Assembly: GCA_945868725.1 (NCBI GenBank)
Contig: CAMBMU010000001.1
Span: 17,402-81,401 of the forward strand
Source of the DNA: Spirosoma fluviale
GTDB lineage: Bacteria > Bacteroidota > Bacteroidia > Cytophagales > Cyclobacteriaceae
Length of the DNA: 64,000 nucleotides
Reading direction: 5' to 3'
Positions 28,496 to 37,439 of this stretch are shown here, piece after piece (the first letter of the stretch is position 1; each line of letters starts with the position of its first letter). The position numbers and the translations under genes are program-made. Under the pieces are notes generated by a model. The model did not search any database. It had not been told where the DNA came from and saw nothing but the letters and a program-made list of their open reading frames with translations.

Positions 28496-29767
28496 ATGCT
28501 TTTAGTACAACATATCCGTGATCATTACGACCAAGTGCTCCTTGGCCTCAAAAAAAGAAACCAAGTGCATGCAGATGCCACTTTGCAACAGGTACTTGCC
28601 TTGGATGAATTGAGAAAATCTTCCCAAACCCAGCGAGATCAGTTGCAGGCTGAAGCCAATACGATTTCGAAGGAAATTGGGATCTTGATGAAGGAGGGTA
28701 AAACTGTGGAAGCAACAGCCGTTCGAGATCGATCAGCAGAATTAAAGACACAGATAAAAGAGCTCGAGGAGCAACATGAGCAGGCAGAAGAAGAGTTGAA
28801 GGCTTTACTTTACACCCTCCCGAATGTGCCTCATGAAGCAGTTCCTGCAGGAAAATCTGCGGAAGACAATGTGATAGTCCTTTCGCATGGTGAGATTCCA
28901 ACCCTACCTGAAGGCAAATTGCCTCATTGGGAGTTGATTAAGAAATACGACATCATTGATTTTGACTTGGGCATAAAAATAGCTGGCGCAGGATTTCCCG
29001 TTTACAAAGGAAAAGGGGCAAGGCTGCAGCGTGGGTTGATTAACTTTTTCTTGGATCAGGCTTTAGCCGCAGGTTACATGGAGGTACAGCCTCCTATCTT
29101 GGTAAATGAGGATTCTTGCTACAGTACAGGGCAGCTTCCAGACAAGGAAGGACAGATGTATTATGCCAGTGAGGACAAGCTTTACCTGATCCCGACGGCA
29201 GAGGTGCCGATTACCAATCTATACCGCGATGTTTTAGTGAATGTTTCCGACCTCCCCATTAAAAATGTAGGCTATACCCCTTGTTTTAGAAGGGAAGCAG
29301 GTTCCTGGGGAGCACATGTTCGCGGCTTAAATCGATTACACCAGTTTGACAAGGTAGAAATCGTCCAAATCACGCATCCAGACCATTCGTATGAGACTCT
29401 GGAGCAGATGAGCAGCTACGTCCAAGGCTTGTTGCAACAGTTGGAGCTACCTTATCGCGTGCTTCGACTTTGTGGTGGGGATATGGGTTTTACTTCCGCG
29501 ATGACTTACGACATGGAGGTGTACTCGGCAGCACAAGAGCGCTGGTTGGAAGTAAGCTCGGTATCAAATTTTGAAACCTATCAGGCAAACCGCCTAAAGC
29601 TACGGTTCAAGGGAGAGGATAAAAAATCGCAACTGGCCCACACCCTAAACGGAAGTGCGCTAGCCTTGCCTCGAATAGTAGCCTCGATCCTAGAAAATAA
29701 TCAGGGGCCTGATGGGATCCGGATGCCGAAAGTTTTGCACTCCTATTTAGGTTTTGATCGTATTTGA
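28496..29767 (+). CDS. serS: Serine--tRNA ligase
   Basis: LIPTAEVP, CFRREAGS, RLHQFDKVE, EVSSVSN and HTLNGSALA motifs. Confidence 0.98.
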   Translation: MLLVQHIRDHYDQVLLGLKKRNQVHADATLQQVLALDELRKSSQTQRDQLQAEANTISKEIGILMKEGKTVEATAVRDRSAELKTQIKELEEQHEQAEEELKALLYTLPNVPHEAVPAGKSAEDNVIVLSHGEIPTLPEGKLPHWELIKKYDIIDFDLGIKIAGAGFPVYKGKGARLQRGLINFFLDQALAAGYMEVQPPILVNEDSCYSTGQLPDKEGQMYYASEDKLYLIPTAEVPITNLYRDVLVNVSDLPIKNVGYTPCFRREAGSWGAHVRGLNRLHQFDKVEIVQITHPDHSYETLEQMSSYVQGLLQQLELPYRVLRLCGGDMGFTSAMTYDMEVYSAAQERWLEVSSVSNFETYQANRLKLRFKGEDKKSQLAHTLNGSALALPRIVASILENNQGPDGIRMPKVLHSYLGFDRI

Positions 29768-29780
29768 GGGGTATAGGATG

Positions 29781-29815
29781 GTCAACAGCTAACAGCCCAC
29801 GGTCCACAGCTCACT
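29781..29815 (+). repeat. Heptamer tandem repeat, 5 units (GYYNACN)
   Basis: GTCAACA GCTAACA GCCCACG GTCCACA GCTCACT; same family as 37070-37393. Confidence 0.8.
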
Positions 29816-29892
29816 TACTTGAACTTCAAAAATTATTTTCTTTCCTTAAGTTGACAAAGCAATAATCACAAAATCAAATTTCATAAAATCAC

Positions 29893-29923
29893 AAAAAAGC
29901 ACCGCTGCATGTGGTGCTTTTTT
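29893..29923. terminator. Bidirectional terminator between serS and coaE
   Basis: A6-GCACCGC-TGCAT-GTGGTGC-T6. Confidence 0.85.
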
Positions 29924-29955
29924 GCTTTGAGAACGAATTTTCGGCCCAAGAATAG

Positions 29956-30570
29956 TTAAGCGGTAAATGCGAAGGAGAGCAGTTGTGCATGTACCTCCAA
30001 TACTTGGGAAATCAGGAGTTTGTTGTCCGTATTTTTAATGCAAAAATCTGCCAACTCATTCTTTTCTTCGTCAGGAAGTTGCTGGTTGATGATTTGGTTG
30101 ACCTGTTCTTCGGAGCGATGGAGGTCTCGAAGGAGAACACGAGCCATGCGAACTCGTAGGGGCGAGCTGACATTAATGACATGGTCGAGCTCTTTTGCTG
30201 CTCCAGTTTCAAAGAGAAGCGCAGCTTCTTTGATCAGGTAGGGGGCAGTTTGTTGCGCGATCCATTGTTCAAAATCTTTTCTAACAGCAGGATGAACTAG
30301 CGCATTCAATTCGGCTATTTTTTTGGGATTGGGGAAAACGGATTCAGCAAGGAAAATACGATTGAGTTCTCCTGTGGAGGAATAAGCGGTAGCACCAAAA
30401 GTTGAGGAAATTTGATTCCGAAGTTCAGCATCATTAGACATCAGCCACTTGGCACGGTCATCTGCAGTATATACAGGTATTCCCAATAGGGAGAATAGTT
30501 TGCAGACAGTGGATTTTCCAGAGCCAATACCTCCAGTAATGCCTACTAACAAGGGGCGCACATTACTCAT
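29956..30570 (-). CDS. coaE: Dephospho-CoA kinase
   Basis: GITGGIGSGKST, LNALVHPAV and EAALLFE motifs. Confidence 0.96.
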   Translation of the reverse strand: MSNVRPLLVGITGGIGSGKSTVCKLFSLLGIPVYTADDRAKWLMSNDAELRNQISSTFGATAYSSTGELNRIFLAESVFPNPKKIAELNALVHPAVRKDFEQWIAQQTAPYLIKEAALLFETGAAKELDHVINVSSPLRVRMARVLLRDLHRSEEQVNQIINQQLPDEEKNELADFCIKNTDNKLLISQVLEVHAQLLSFAFTA

Positions 30571-31528
30571 ACCTAAGCTTGATCTGCGGAGGGGTGATAC
30601 GCACCTCTTTCAAAAATTTTGGATTAGGATTAATTTCAATTTGCAGCGTACTATCTGCTCGATTCCGCTTTCTATAGTCTAGGATTGCCTCAAATTTTAA
30701 ATCTTTCAGTTGAGGGAGGTTAGCTTCTTCGATTAGATAGTTAAGAACTGGAATCAGTTCCTCATTGGTCAGCGAAACAGTGTTGGGAAAATTTACTTTT
30801 TTGATTTTTAACCTTTTATTGCCCTCTAGGTAAGTGAGCACGGAGAAGCTGACTTGGATCTCTTTTTGCTTCAGTTGAACTAGCTTCGCCAAGCTTTTAT
30901 CCACATTTAGGGAAACCTTGCCTGAAAAATCGGAATTGATTTTTGTTGCATTTAAGGCTACAGGGTATTCCCCTTCAAAAGCCTCTAAAACTGAAGAAGG
31001 GCCAGTGACCTCTAGTTGGGCAGGATTGAAGTTGACCGGCCCATCTAGCACGATGTTTTTATCCAAGGAGTATTTCAAGGAGTCCAGGACAGGTCGGAGA
31101 GTCTTGCTGACAATTCGATCGATTTGGTAGTTGATGGTATCCCCAAGTACATTTTCGAGTTGGGTGGGGGTGATAAACTCTCCCAATCCTCTTTTTAGAT
31201 CGGCTGTGAGCAAGTAATTTTTCTCAGCGGGGGATTGGAGTAGGATGGGGTAGGCGGCTCCGCTGATATTGAAATATTTACGAAGTAGGTCCCAGCCGTT
31301 CCCAGAGATTTGAATTTGAATACTTTTCGGCAGTGGTTTTACCGGAACGTAATTTTTTTGATCGTATTCCCACAGGACGGGATAATCAACGATTGTGTTG
31401 TAATTGCCCTTGTTTAGTGCATTTAAAACCCAAAAAGTGGTAGCCGCTGCAACGCATAGGACTACCACTTTTAAATTAGAGAGTTTTCTTTTGGATATTC
31501 TCCAAGGGGATTTTTTAGAATCAGGCAA
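30563..31528 (-). CDS. YbbR-like (CdaR) domain protein
   Basis: N-terminal TM (VVVLCVAAATTFWVLNALN), ISGNGWDLL and VTGP motifs; typical position between yajC and coaE. The TTG start at 31528 avoids overlap with yajC. Confidence 0.75.
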   Translation of the reverse strand: MPDSKKSPWRISKRKLSNLKVVVLCVAAATTFWVLNALNKGNYNTIVDYPVLWEYDQKNYVPVKPLPKSIQIQISGNGWDLLRKYFNISGAAYPILLQSPAEKNYLLTADLKRGLGEFITPTQLENVLGDTINYQIDRIVSKTLRPVLDSLKYSLDKNIVLDGPVNFNPAQLEVTGPSSVLEAFEGEYPVALNATKINSDFSGKVSLNVDKSLAKLVQLKQKEIQVSFSVLTYLEGNKRLKIKKVNFPNTVSLTNEELIPVLNYLIEEANLPQLKDLKFEAILDYRKRNRADSTLQIEINPNPKFLKEVRITPPQIKLRYE

Positions 31529-31532
31529 GGTA

Positions 31533-31850
31533 TTATTTGGTTGGACTTGGTTTTTTCGAGAAGTCAAGGGAGATGGCAGACTTTTCAACTTTTACTTTAA
31601 GTCCTTTGTCAAGTTCCAGCAAGACGGTGTCACCTTCTACGCTGTACACTTTTCCATGAATACCTCCAATGGTCACCACATCATCTCCTTTTTTTATTTC
31701 TTCGATAAACTTCTTGGTATCCTTTTGTTTTTTCTGTTGAGGTCGAATCATGAAGAAATACATGATCAAAATGATTGATCCAAATAGAAATACTTGGCCA
31801 AGAATACCGCTACTTCCTATAGAAGCCTGTGCTAAAATGAATGAATACAT
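31533..31850 (-). CDS. yajC: Preprotein translocase subunit YajC
   Basis: YFFMIRPQQKKQK and KGDDVVTIGGIHG motifs. Confidence 0.96.
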   Translation of the reverse strand: MYSFILAQASIGSSGILGQVFLFGSIILIMYFFMIRPQQKKQKDTKKFIEEIKKGDDVVTIGGIHGKVYSVEGDTVLLELDKGLKVKVEKSAISLDFSKKPSPTK

Positions 31851-31853
31851 CGC

Positions 31854-32390
31854 TTATTTTCTAACAGGTCCAGTTGCAGCACCGCCAGCACCCTTAGGCG
31901 TTACACTTCCTCTCATGCTTAGACGAGTAACTGTTGGATTAGTGTTGGCTTGGATCGTTACGGTCGGAGACTGAGCTCCTGACTTCGCAGCAGAGTTGAA
32001 TACCACTTTCACGAATCCAGTTTTACCTGGTTGAATGGGAGCTTTAGTCCAGTCAGGGCTAGTACATCCACAAGAAGCGGTAATGTTGGAAATCACCAAA
32101 GGAGCTTGTCCATTGTTGGTGAAGTTGAAAATCTTTTCCACCACTTTTCCTTCGTTGATGGTTCCAAAGTCGTGTTCCATTTCGCTAAACTGGAAGGATC
32201 CTAGTGTGCTTGGATCTGCAGAAGTGGTCGTTTGAGCCATATCCGCTGGAACAGGTACATTAGACCCATCCATTGCAGCAATTTTTTCTTCTAGAGCTTT
32301 AATTTTTTCTGCTTGTTCGTCTTTGCCCTGGGAGCAAGAAGTGATCAATACGAAGGCTAGTGCGATGGCGCTGAGTAGTCTTGTTTTCAT
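31854..32390 (-). CDS. DUF1573 domain lipoprotein
   Basis: Lipobox ITS-C; HDFGTI, FTNNGQAPLVI, SCGCT and PIQPG motifs. Confidence 0.88.
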   Translation of the reverse strand: MKTRLLSAIALAFVLITSCSQGKDEQAEKIKALEEKIAAMDGSNVPVPADMAQTTTSADPSTLGSFQFSEMEHDFGTINEGKVVEKIFNFTNNGQAPLVISNITASCGCTSPDWTKAPIQPGKTGFVKVVFNSAAKSGAQSPTVTIQANTNPTVTRLSMRGSVTPKGAGGAATGPVRK

Positions 32391-32391
32391 G

Positions 32392-32694
32392 TTAGTTTTT
32401 ATCTTTATTTATTTGGTCAATTAGTTTGTTTACATCGTTTAGAAGGTCTTCTGCTTTGTTTTTCGCTTCAGAGATCACTCGCTTACCTTCAGTTTTTGCC
32501 TCGTTTAAATGGATTTCTTTTCCTTCTACCAATTCATTGATGAGGTCTTCCAATTCTTTTTTGTACTTGGATAGCTTAAAGGAAAGTTTGTCTCGGGTAT
32601 TCGCTCCAGTATCGGGAGCAAATAAGATCCCTAAGGCTGCACCCAGCCCAGCGCCCAAGGCGAAAGCAATTAGTGTACTTGTTGTTTTTCCCAT
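32392..32694 (-). CDS. YtxH domain protein
   Basis: GAGLGAALGILFAPDTGANTR followed by a coiled coil. ATG at 32694. Confidence 0.88.
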   Translation of the reverse strand: MGKTTSTLIAFALGAGLGAALGILFAPDTGANTRDKLSFKLSKYKKELEDLINELVEGKEIHLNEAKTEGKRVISEAKNKAEDLLNDVNKLIDQINKDKN

Positions 32695-32701
32695 TTTGGT
32701 C

Positions 32702-33886
32702 TTATTTATTGTCCAAAAGGCCTCTACCACTCTTGCGGATTTGACCTTTGTCAGTTAATTCTTTAGCCAAAACATCCAGCAAACCATTTACAAACTGCTT
32801 ACTTTTTGGTGTACTGTATGTTTTTGAAATGTCAATGTACTCGTTGATCGTTACTTTCACTGGGATGCTTGGAAAATGAATCATTTCTGCAAGTGCCATG
32901 GAGATGATGACTTTATCGGTGAAAGCCAAACGCTCGATATCCCAATTTTTTGTCTTTTCGGCGATAAGTACTTTGCTACTAACGCCGTTAGCAATGGTGA
33001 AGTTAAAAATATTTTCAAAAAATTCTTTGTCTTCCTCCCAATTCATTGCAATTTCTGGAAGAGGTTCTAACTTACCTGTATCGGGAAGAGATGCATTTTT
33101 CAATACCTTCGCTGCCAAACTTCTCACCACGGATTTATTTTCGGTCCAATTCAAGTCCTTTTCTGCGAAGAAAGTAAGGATTACCTCATTTTTAAAGATG
33201 ATTTTTTTCAAGAGTTCATCTGCCACCTCAAAATCCTGCTCTAGGGTAGGAGCCGCAAGCGTCAAATAATGCTGATAGCCCTCTGCTGTCTTGATGTATT
33301 CTCTAAACCATTCTTTGATTTCCAGCTGCAGTTCATCCAAGCTCACCGCATTTCTGCTCAGTGCAGTCTGGTATTCTTGGGACTCTCGGAGCCGTTTCAA
33401 GACTTGATTATTGGCCAGATTAAGTTCATTGCCAAAAGCAATGGGAGTATCTCCTGCAAGTTTTTGCTTTTTTTCTACCTCTTTTCCAACATGTTTGGAA
33501 AATGCCTGAAGTAGCTCAATGGCTAAGAGGTAAAGCTGTGGAATTCGTTCGGCGGATACCACCATGTTTTTCAACAGAAACAGCCGGTCGTTTTCGTTGG
33601 CCTCAAGCGCTTGTTTGAGGGCTTCTAAAGCAATTTTCTTGACTTTAACCCCTGCATCAGCTGGAAGTAAATTTTGACCTAGTTCCACATTTTGCTCAAA
33701 AATCTGGATAGCCTCCTCTCCTTCACGGGAAAGAGCTGCCTTATCTTGAACCTCCATGCTGTTGAGGTCAGGTAAAAAAGACTCTCGTATAAAGTCTTTG
33801 GCTATATTAATGTTGGATCCTTTACACTGTTCAAAAGCATATAAGTTCTGAAATGCTTTGACTCTAAGGATTCTTCTGTTGAGCAT
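32702..33886 (-). CDS. nusB: Transcription antitermination factor NusB (long Bacteroidetes form)
   Basis: MLNRRILRVKAFQNLY, NWDIERLA and IPVKVTINEYIDISKTYSTPKSKQFVNGLLD motifs. Confidence 0.95.
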   Translation of the reverse strand: MLNRRILRVKAFQNLYAFEQCKGSNINIAKDFIRESFLPDLNSMEVQDKAALSREGEEAIQIFEQNVELGQNLLPADAGVKVKKIALEALKQALEANENDRLFLLKNMVVSAERIPQLYLLAIELLQAFSKHVGKEVEKKQKLAGDTPIAFGNELNLANNQVLKRLRESQEYQTALSRNAVSLDELQLEIKEWFREYIKTAEGYQHYLTLAAPTLEQDFEVADELLKKIIFKNEVILTFFAEKDLNWTENKSVVRSLAAKVLKNASLPDTGKLEPLPEIAMNWEEDKEFFENIFNFTIANGVSSKVLIAEKTKNWDIERLAFTDKVIISMALAEMIHFPSIPVKVTINEYIDISKTYSTPKSKQFVNGLLDVLAKELTDKGQIRKSGRGLLDNK

Positions 33887-33904
33887 AATGGATATAAAGA
33901 GCCA

Positions 33905-33912
33905 CAAATATA
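33905..33912 (-). promoter_or_regulatory. Putative -7 promoter element for the nusB operon
   Basis: TATATTTG on the minus strand, 18 nt upstream of the nusB ATG. Confidence 0.55.
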
Positions 33913-33950
33913 AGCAATTAGATGCGTCTTCTCCTCATGAACTTAGGTAC

Positions 33951-33980
33951 AAAAAAACCACCGAACCTAGGCTCGGTGGT
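33951..33980 (-). terminator. Rho-independent terminator after leucine dehydrogenase
   Basis: Minus strand reads ACCACCGA-GCCTAGGT-TCGGTGGT followed by a T-run. Confidence 0.85.
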
Positions 33981-34003
33981 ATGTAAAGTGGAGGTAAAAC
34001 GCC

Positions 34004-35104
34004 TTAAAATGGCAGTTTAATTCTTCCGATTGCTTCTATTCTTGCCTTCGCTGCTTCGATCGCTGCTTGCTGTGCAGGGATGTTCTGCCGCTCAGAGACG
34101 TTTAAGATTGACAAGCAGGTGTCGTAAATTTTTTCTGTTTGAGCAAAAACGGTCTCTTCCTGATATTCTCCATAATACTCTGCTCCAACATTAATTACTC
34201 CGCCAGCATTGATCAAGAAGTCTGGGGCATAGACAATGCCTTTTTCCATCAAGATTTTTCCGTGCTTGGCTTCATCTTCCAATTGGTTGTTGGCTCCGCC
34301 TGCAATGACTTTACAAGTTAAGCGGTCAATGGTCTGATCGTTGATGGTGGCACCAAGGGCACATGGCGCATAAATATCCATCTGGATGTCATACAGGACC
34401 TTACTGTCTACTACCGTCGCACCAGTTGATTTGGCCACTTCCTGGAGCTTGTCTTCAAAAATATCCGTAATCAAAATATCCGCACCTTCTTTCACGAGGT
34501 AGTCGATGAGGTATTTTCCAACCTGCCCTACGCCTTGAACCCCGATCTTTTTTCCTTGAAGGGAATCTGAACCAAATGCTTTTTTGGCAGCTGCTTTCAT
34601 TCCCATGTACACGCCAAAGGCAGTTACTGGGGAAGGATCTCCAGCGCCGCCCTTACTTTTAGGTAAGCCGGTCACATGGCGAGTTTCTAAGGCCATGTAT
34701 TCCATATCGGATGTCTTCATGTTGACATCTTCAGCAGTTACATACCGACCACCTAAGCTTTCCACAAATCGACCAAATCTTCTTAAAAATGCCTCTGATT
34801 TGAGGCGAGGATCTCCAATAATCACTGCTTTACCGCCTCCTAAATTTAAGCCTGCAAGTGAATTTTTGAAAGTCATGCCTCGAGAAAGGCGCAACACATC
34901 TTTGATGGCTTCCTCTTCGGTGCGGTATGGCCACATGCGGGTTCCCCCTAGTGCGGGCCCTAAGACTGTGTTGTGAATTCCTATCAGTGCTTTTAGGCCT
35001 GTAGCTTCGTCATGGCAAATGACCAATTGCTCATGGTCCATCGTAGTGATTTGTCCAAAAATTGAACCTTCACGCACTGTTTCGGTGGTATTAATCGCTA
35101 ACAT
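34004..35104 (-). CDS. Glu/Leu/Phe/Val dehydrogenase (leucine dehydrogenase)
   Basis: GPALGGTRM, RLSRGMTFK, GGGK, TAEDV, GDPSPVTAFGV, GVGQVG and PDFLINAGG motifs. Confidence 0.93.
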   Translation of the reverse strand: MLAINTTETVREGSIFGQITTMDHEQLVICHDEATGLKALIGIHNTVLGPALGGTRMWPYRTEEEAIKDVLRLSRGMTFKNSLAGLNLGGGKAVIIGDPRLKSEAFLRRFGRFVESLGGRYVTAEDVNMKTSDMEYMALETRHVTGLPKSKGGAGDPSPVTAFGVYMGMKAAAKKAFGSDSLQGKKIGVQGVGQVGKYLIDYLVKEGADILITDIFEDKLQEVAKSTGATVVDSKVLYDIQMDIYAPCALGATINDQTIDRLTCKVIAGGANNQLEDEAKHGKILMEKGIVYAPDFLINAGGVINVGAEYYGEYQEETVFAQTEKIYDTCLSILNVSERQNIPAQQAAIEAAKARIEAIGRIKLPF

Positions 35105-35129
35105 CTGAAAATAGCTTTTTAGAATGTAT

Positions 35130-35137
35130 TATATTTG
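35130..35137 (+). promoter_or_regulatory. Putative -7 promoter element for the ABC transporter
   Basis: TATATTTG in the divergent intergenic region. Confidence 0.45.
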
Positions 35138-35249
35138 GGATAGAACTCGGAATTCGTGTGGGCACAAAATTAAATACTTTTATGAGCTTACAAATTTTCC
35201 GCAGCCAAATTTTATACAAGAGTATCATTAAAAATTAAGATTTTATTTC

Positions 35250-37049
35250 GTGAAGGAACTTTGGAGAATTAATAAATACCTAATCAAGTACAAGGGATTA
35301 TTGTCTTTGGGAATACTCTTTACGGTAATCTCTAACATATTCGTAATTATACCTGCTCAACTGGTGCGAATTGCCATAGATTATGTGGTTGAGAGTTCTG
35401 CGCTTTTTGCTCCCCTCAACAAGGGTGGAATAGGTGAGTTGGCTAGGGACTATTTTTTAGAATCGGTCTTTGTTTTTGGGATTTTGATTTTGGCCATGGC
35501 CTTGCTTCGAGGCTTCTTCCTGTTTTTGATTCGTCAAACGCTCATCATCATGTCACGAAAAATAGAGTATGACATGAAGAATGAACTTTTCGACCATTTT
35601 CAATTTTTGCCCTTAAGTTTTTATAGAAAAAACAGCACGGGAGATTTGATGGCGCGAATATCAGAAGATGTAAGTCGGGTGCGCATGTACCTAGGCCCAG
35701 CAATCATGTATGGACTCAACTTGCTGATCTTATTTCCCTTGGTGATTTCGTACATGATTTCGGTCAACTTGGAGCTTACTCTTTATTCGCTCTTGCCTTT
35801 GCCGATACTTTCTTTGAGTATTTATTATGTAAATAATCAAATTAACCTACGTTCTGAAAAAATTCAACAAAGCCTTTCCCAGCTCAGCACCTTTGTGCAA
35901 GAAGCATTTTCAGGGATTCGGGTGTTGAAGGCTTTTGTTCGGGAACAAGATTCTGCTGCTGAGTTTGCCAAGGCAAGCGAAGAATACAAATATCAGTCCA
36001 TCGAATTGACTCGAGTGAATGCCTTGTTTTTCCCATTAATTATGGCTCTAGTAGGGATATCTACCATCATCACCGTATATGCAGGGGGGATGATGGTGAT
36101 TCAAGGCGAGATTGGCTATGGAGTCATTGCCGAGTTTATACTCTATGTCAATATGTTGACCTGGCCAGTAGCTTCTCTAGGCTGGGTGACGAGTATTGTG
36201 CAGCGTGCGGAGGTTTCTCAACGAAGAATTAATGAATTGTTAGACCAGAAAACGGATTTGGTATCTGAAAAAAACCTTGAAGCCACACTTGTAGGTGCAC
36301 TTCAGGTGAGTCACCTTTCTTTTGTTTATCCAGATTCTGGGATCCAGGCCTTGCAAGATATTTCCTTTTCGATTGAAGCTGGACAGACCTTGGGGATTAT
36401 TGGTACCACAGGTTCAGGCAAATCTACGCTTGCCAACTTGCTGATGCGGATGTATGATCCTACTTCCGGGGAGATACTTGTTGACAATAGACCCATACAG
36501 CACTATGCATTGGCTAGTCTTCGTAGTCAGATTGGTGTGGTTCCACAAGATGTTTTTCTTTTTTCTGACACCATTGCAAACAATATTTCCTTCGGAATAG
36601 ACAATCCAGATATAGAGCTAGTGACGCAGGCAGCTAAAGATGCAGACGTTTACCAAAACATTTTAGACTTTCCCAAGGGCTTTGATACCCTTCTTGGTGA
36701 ACGAGGGATTACGCTATCTGGAGGACAAAAACAGCGGGTTTCTATTGCAAGAGCTATCGCAAAGGAACCAAAGATTTTGATTTTAGACGACTGTCTATCT
36801 GCCGTTGACACCAAGACGGAGAATGCTATTTTAAATTCACTCAAAAAGATCATGGAGAATCGTACCTCCATCATCATCTCCCACCGGGTGTCGTCTGCCA
36901 AGCTTGCCGATCAAATTATCGTATTGGATGAGGGACGAATTGTAGAGCGTGGAGATCACGCTTCCTTAATGTCTCAAAAGGGAGTTTATGCTGCACTTTT
37001 TGAAAAGCAAACGCAAGGCGGTGAATCCGTTGAAGAAATTAAAGTTTGA
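35250..37049 (+). CDS. ABC exporter, fused permease/ATPase (MdlA/YheI-like half-transporter)
   Basis: TM domain, Walker A GTTGSGKS, signature LSGGQKQR and Walker B ILILDD. Confidence 0.93.
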   Translation: MKELWRINKYLIKYKGLLSLGILFTVISNIFVIIPAQLVRIAIDYVVESSALFAPLNKGGIGELARDYFLESVFVFGILILAMALLRGFFLFLIRQTLIIMSRKIEYDMKNELFDHFQFLPLSFYRKNSTGDLMARISEDVSRVRMYLGPAIMYGLNLLILFPLVISYMISVNLELTLYSLLPLPILSLSIYYVNNQINLRSEKIQQSLSQLSTFVQEAFSGIRVLKAFVREQDSAAEFAKASEEYKYQSIELTRVNALFFPLIMALVGISTIITVYAGGMMVIQGEIGYGVIAEFILYVNMLTWPVASLGWVTSIVQRAEVSQRRINELLDQKTDLVSEKNLEATLVGALQVSHLSFVYPDSGIQALQDISFSIEAGQTLGIIGTTGSGKSTLANLLMRMYDPTSGEILVDNRPIQHYALASLRSQIGVVPQDVFLFSDTIANNISFGIDNPDIELVTQAAKDADVYQNILDFPKGFDTLLGERGITLSGGQKQRVSIARAIAKEPKILILDDCLSAVDTKTENAILNSLKKIMENRTSIIISHRVSSAKLADQIIVLDEGRIVERGDHASLMSQKGVYAALFEKQTQGGESVEEIKV

Positions 37050-37069
37050 AGTTCAATTAAGTGAGTTCT

Positions 37070-37393
37070 GTCAACAGCTAACGGTCTACTGTCGATTTAA
37101 TTTTTGTCAACGGCTGACAGTCCACGGTCGACAGCCGAGTCGTGGTGTGACTGGGCTATGAATCCAAATTTAAATACGTGTTTTTGTAACGGACATGAAT
37201 TGACTGTGGTCTGTCGACCGTCAACTGTGGACCAATTCAGTCAACAGCCAACGGTCTACTGTCGACAGCCGATTCGTCTGGTATCAAGTTTAGCATCCAA
37301 ATTTTAGCACGTTTTTAGTAGCATATACCTACCGACTGTGGTCTGTCGACCGTCAACTGTGGACCAGTCAACAGCTAACCGTCGACGGTTGAC
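37070..37393. repeat. Composite heptamer-based intergenic repeat (two arm-spacer-inverted-arm units; REPIN/MITE-like)
   Basis: The 33-mer GACTGTGGTCTGTCGACCGTCAACTGTGGACCA is identical at 37202-37234 and 37334-37366. Related left arms lie at 37106-37138 and 37240-37272, with extra heptamer runs at 37070-37095 and 37367-37393. Confidence 0.9.
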
Positions 37394-37439
37394 AATGTAA
37401 ACAGGCACGCTGCCCACTGGTAGGATTGCGGATAATCTA

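Noticed and set aside
31529-31588. Long overlap between the YbbR-like ORF and yajC
   Set aside because: A TTG at 31528 just past the yajC stop is a more plausible start.
37104-37307. 67-aa ORF across the repeat region
   Set aside because: It has a TTG start, and its sequence (STADSPRST, TVVCRPSTVD) is simply the translation of the heptamer repeats.
37070-37393. Possible CRISPR array (identical 33-nt repeats with intervening sequence)
   Set aside because: There are only two identical copies at a 132-nt period, the intervening sequences are homologous to each other and contain inverted arms, and no cas genes or leader are present.
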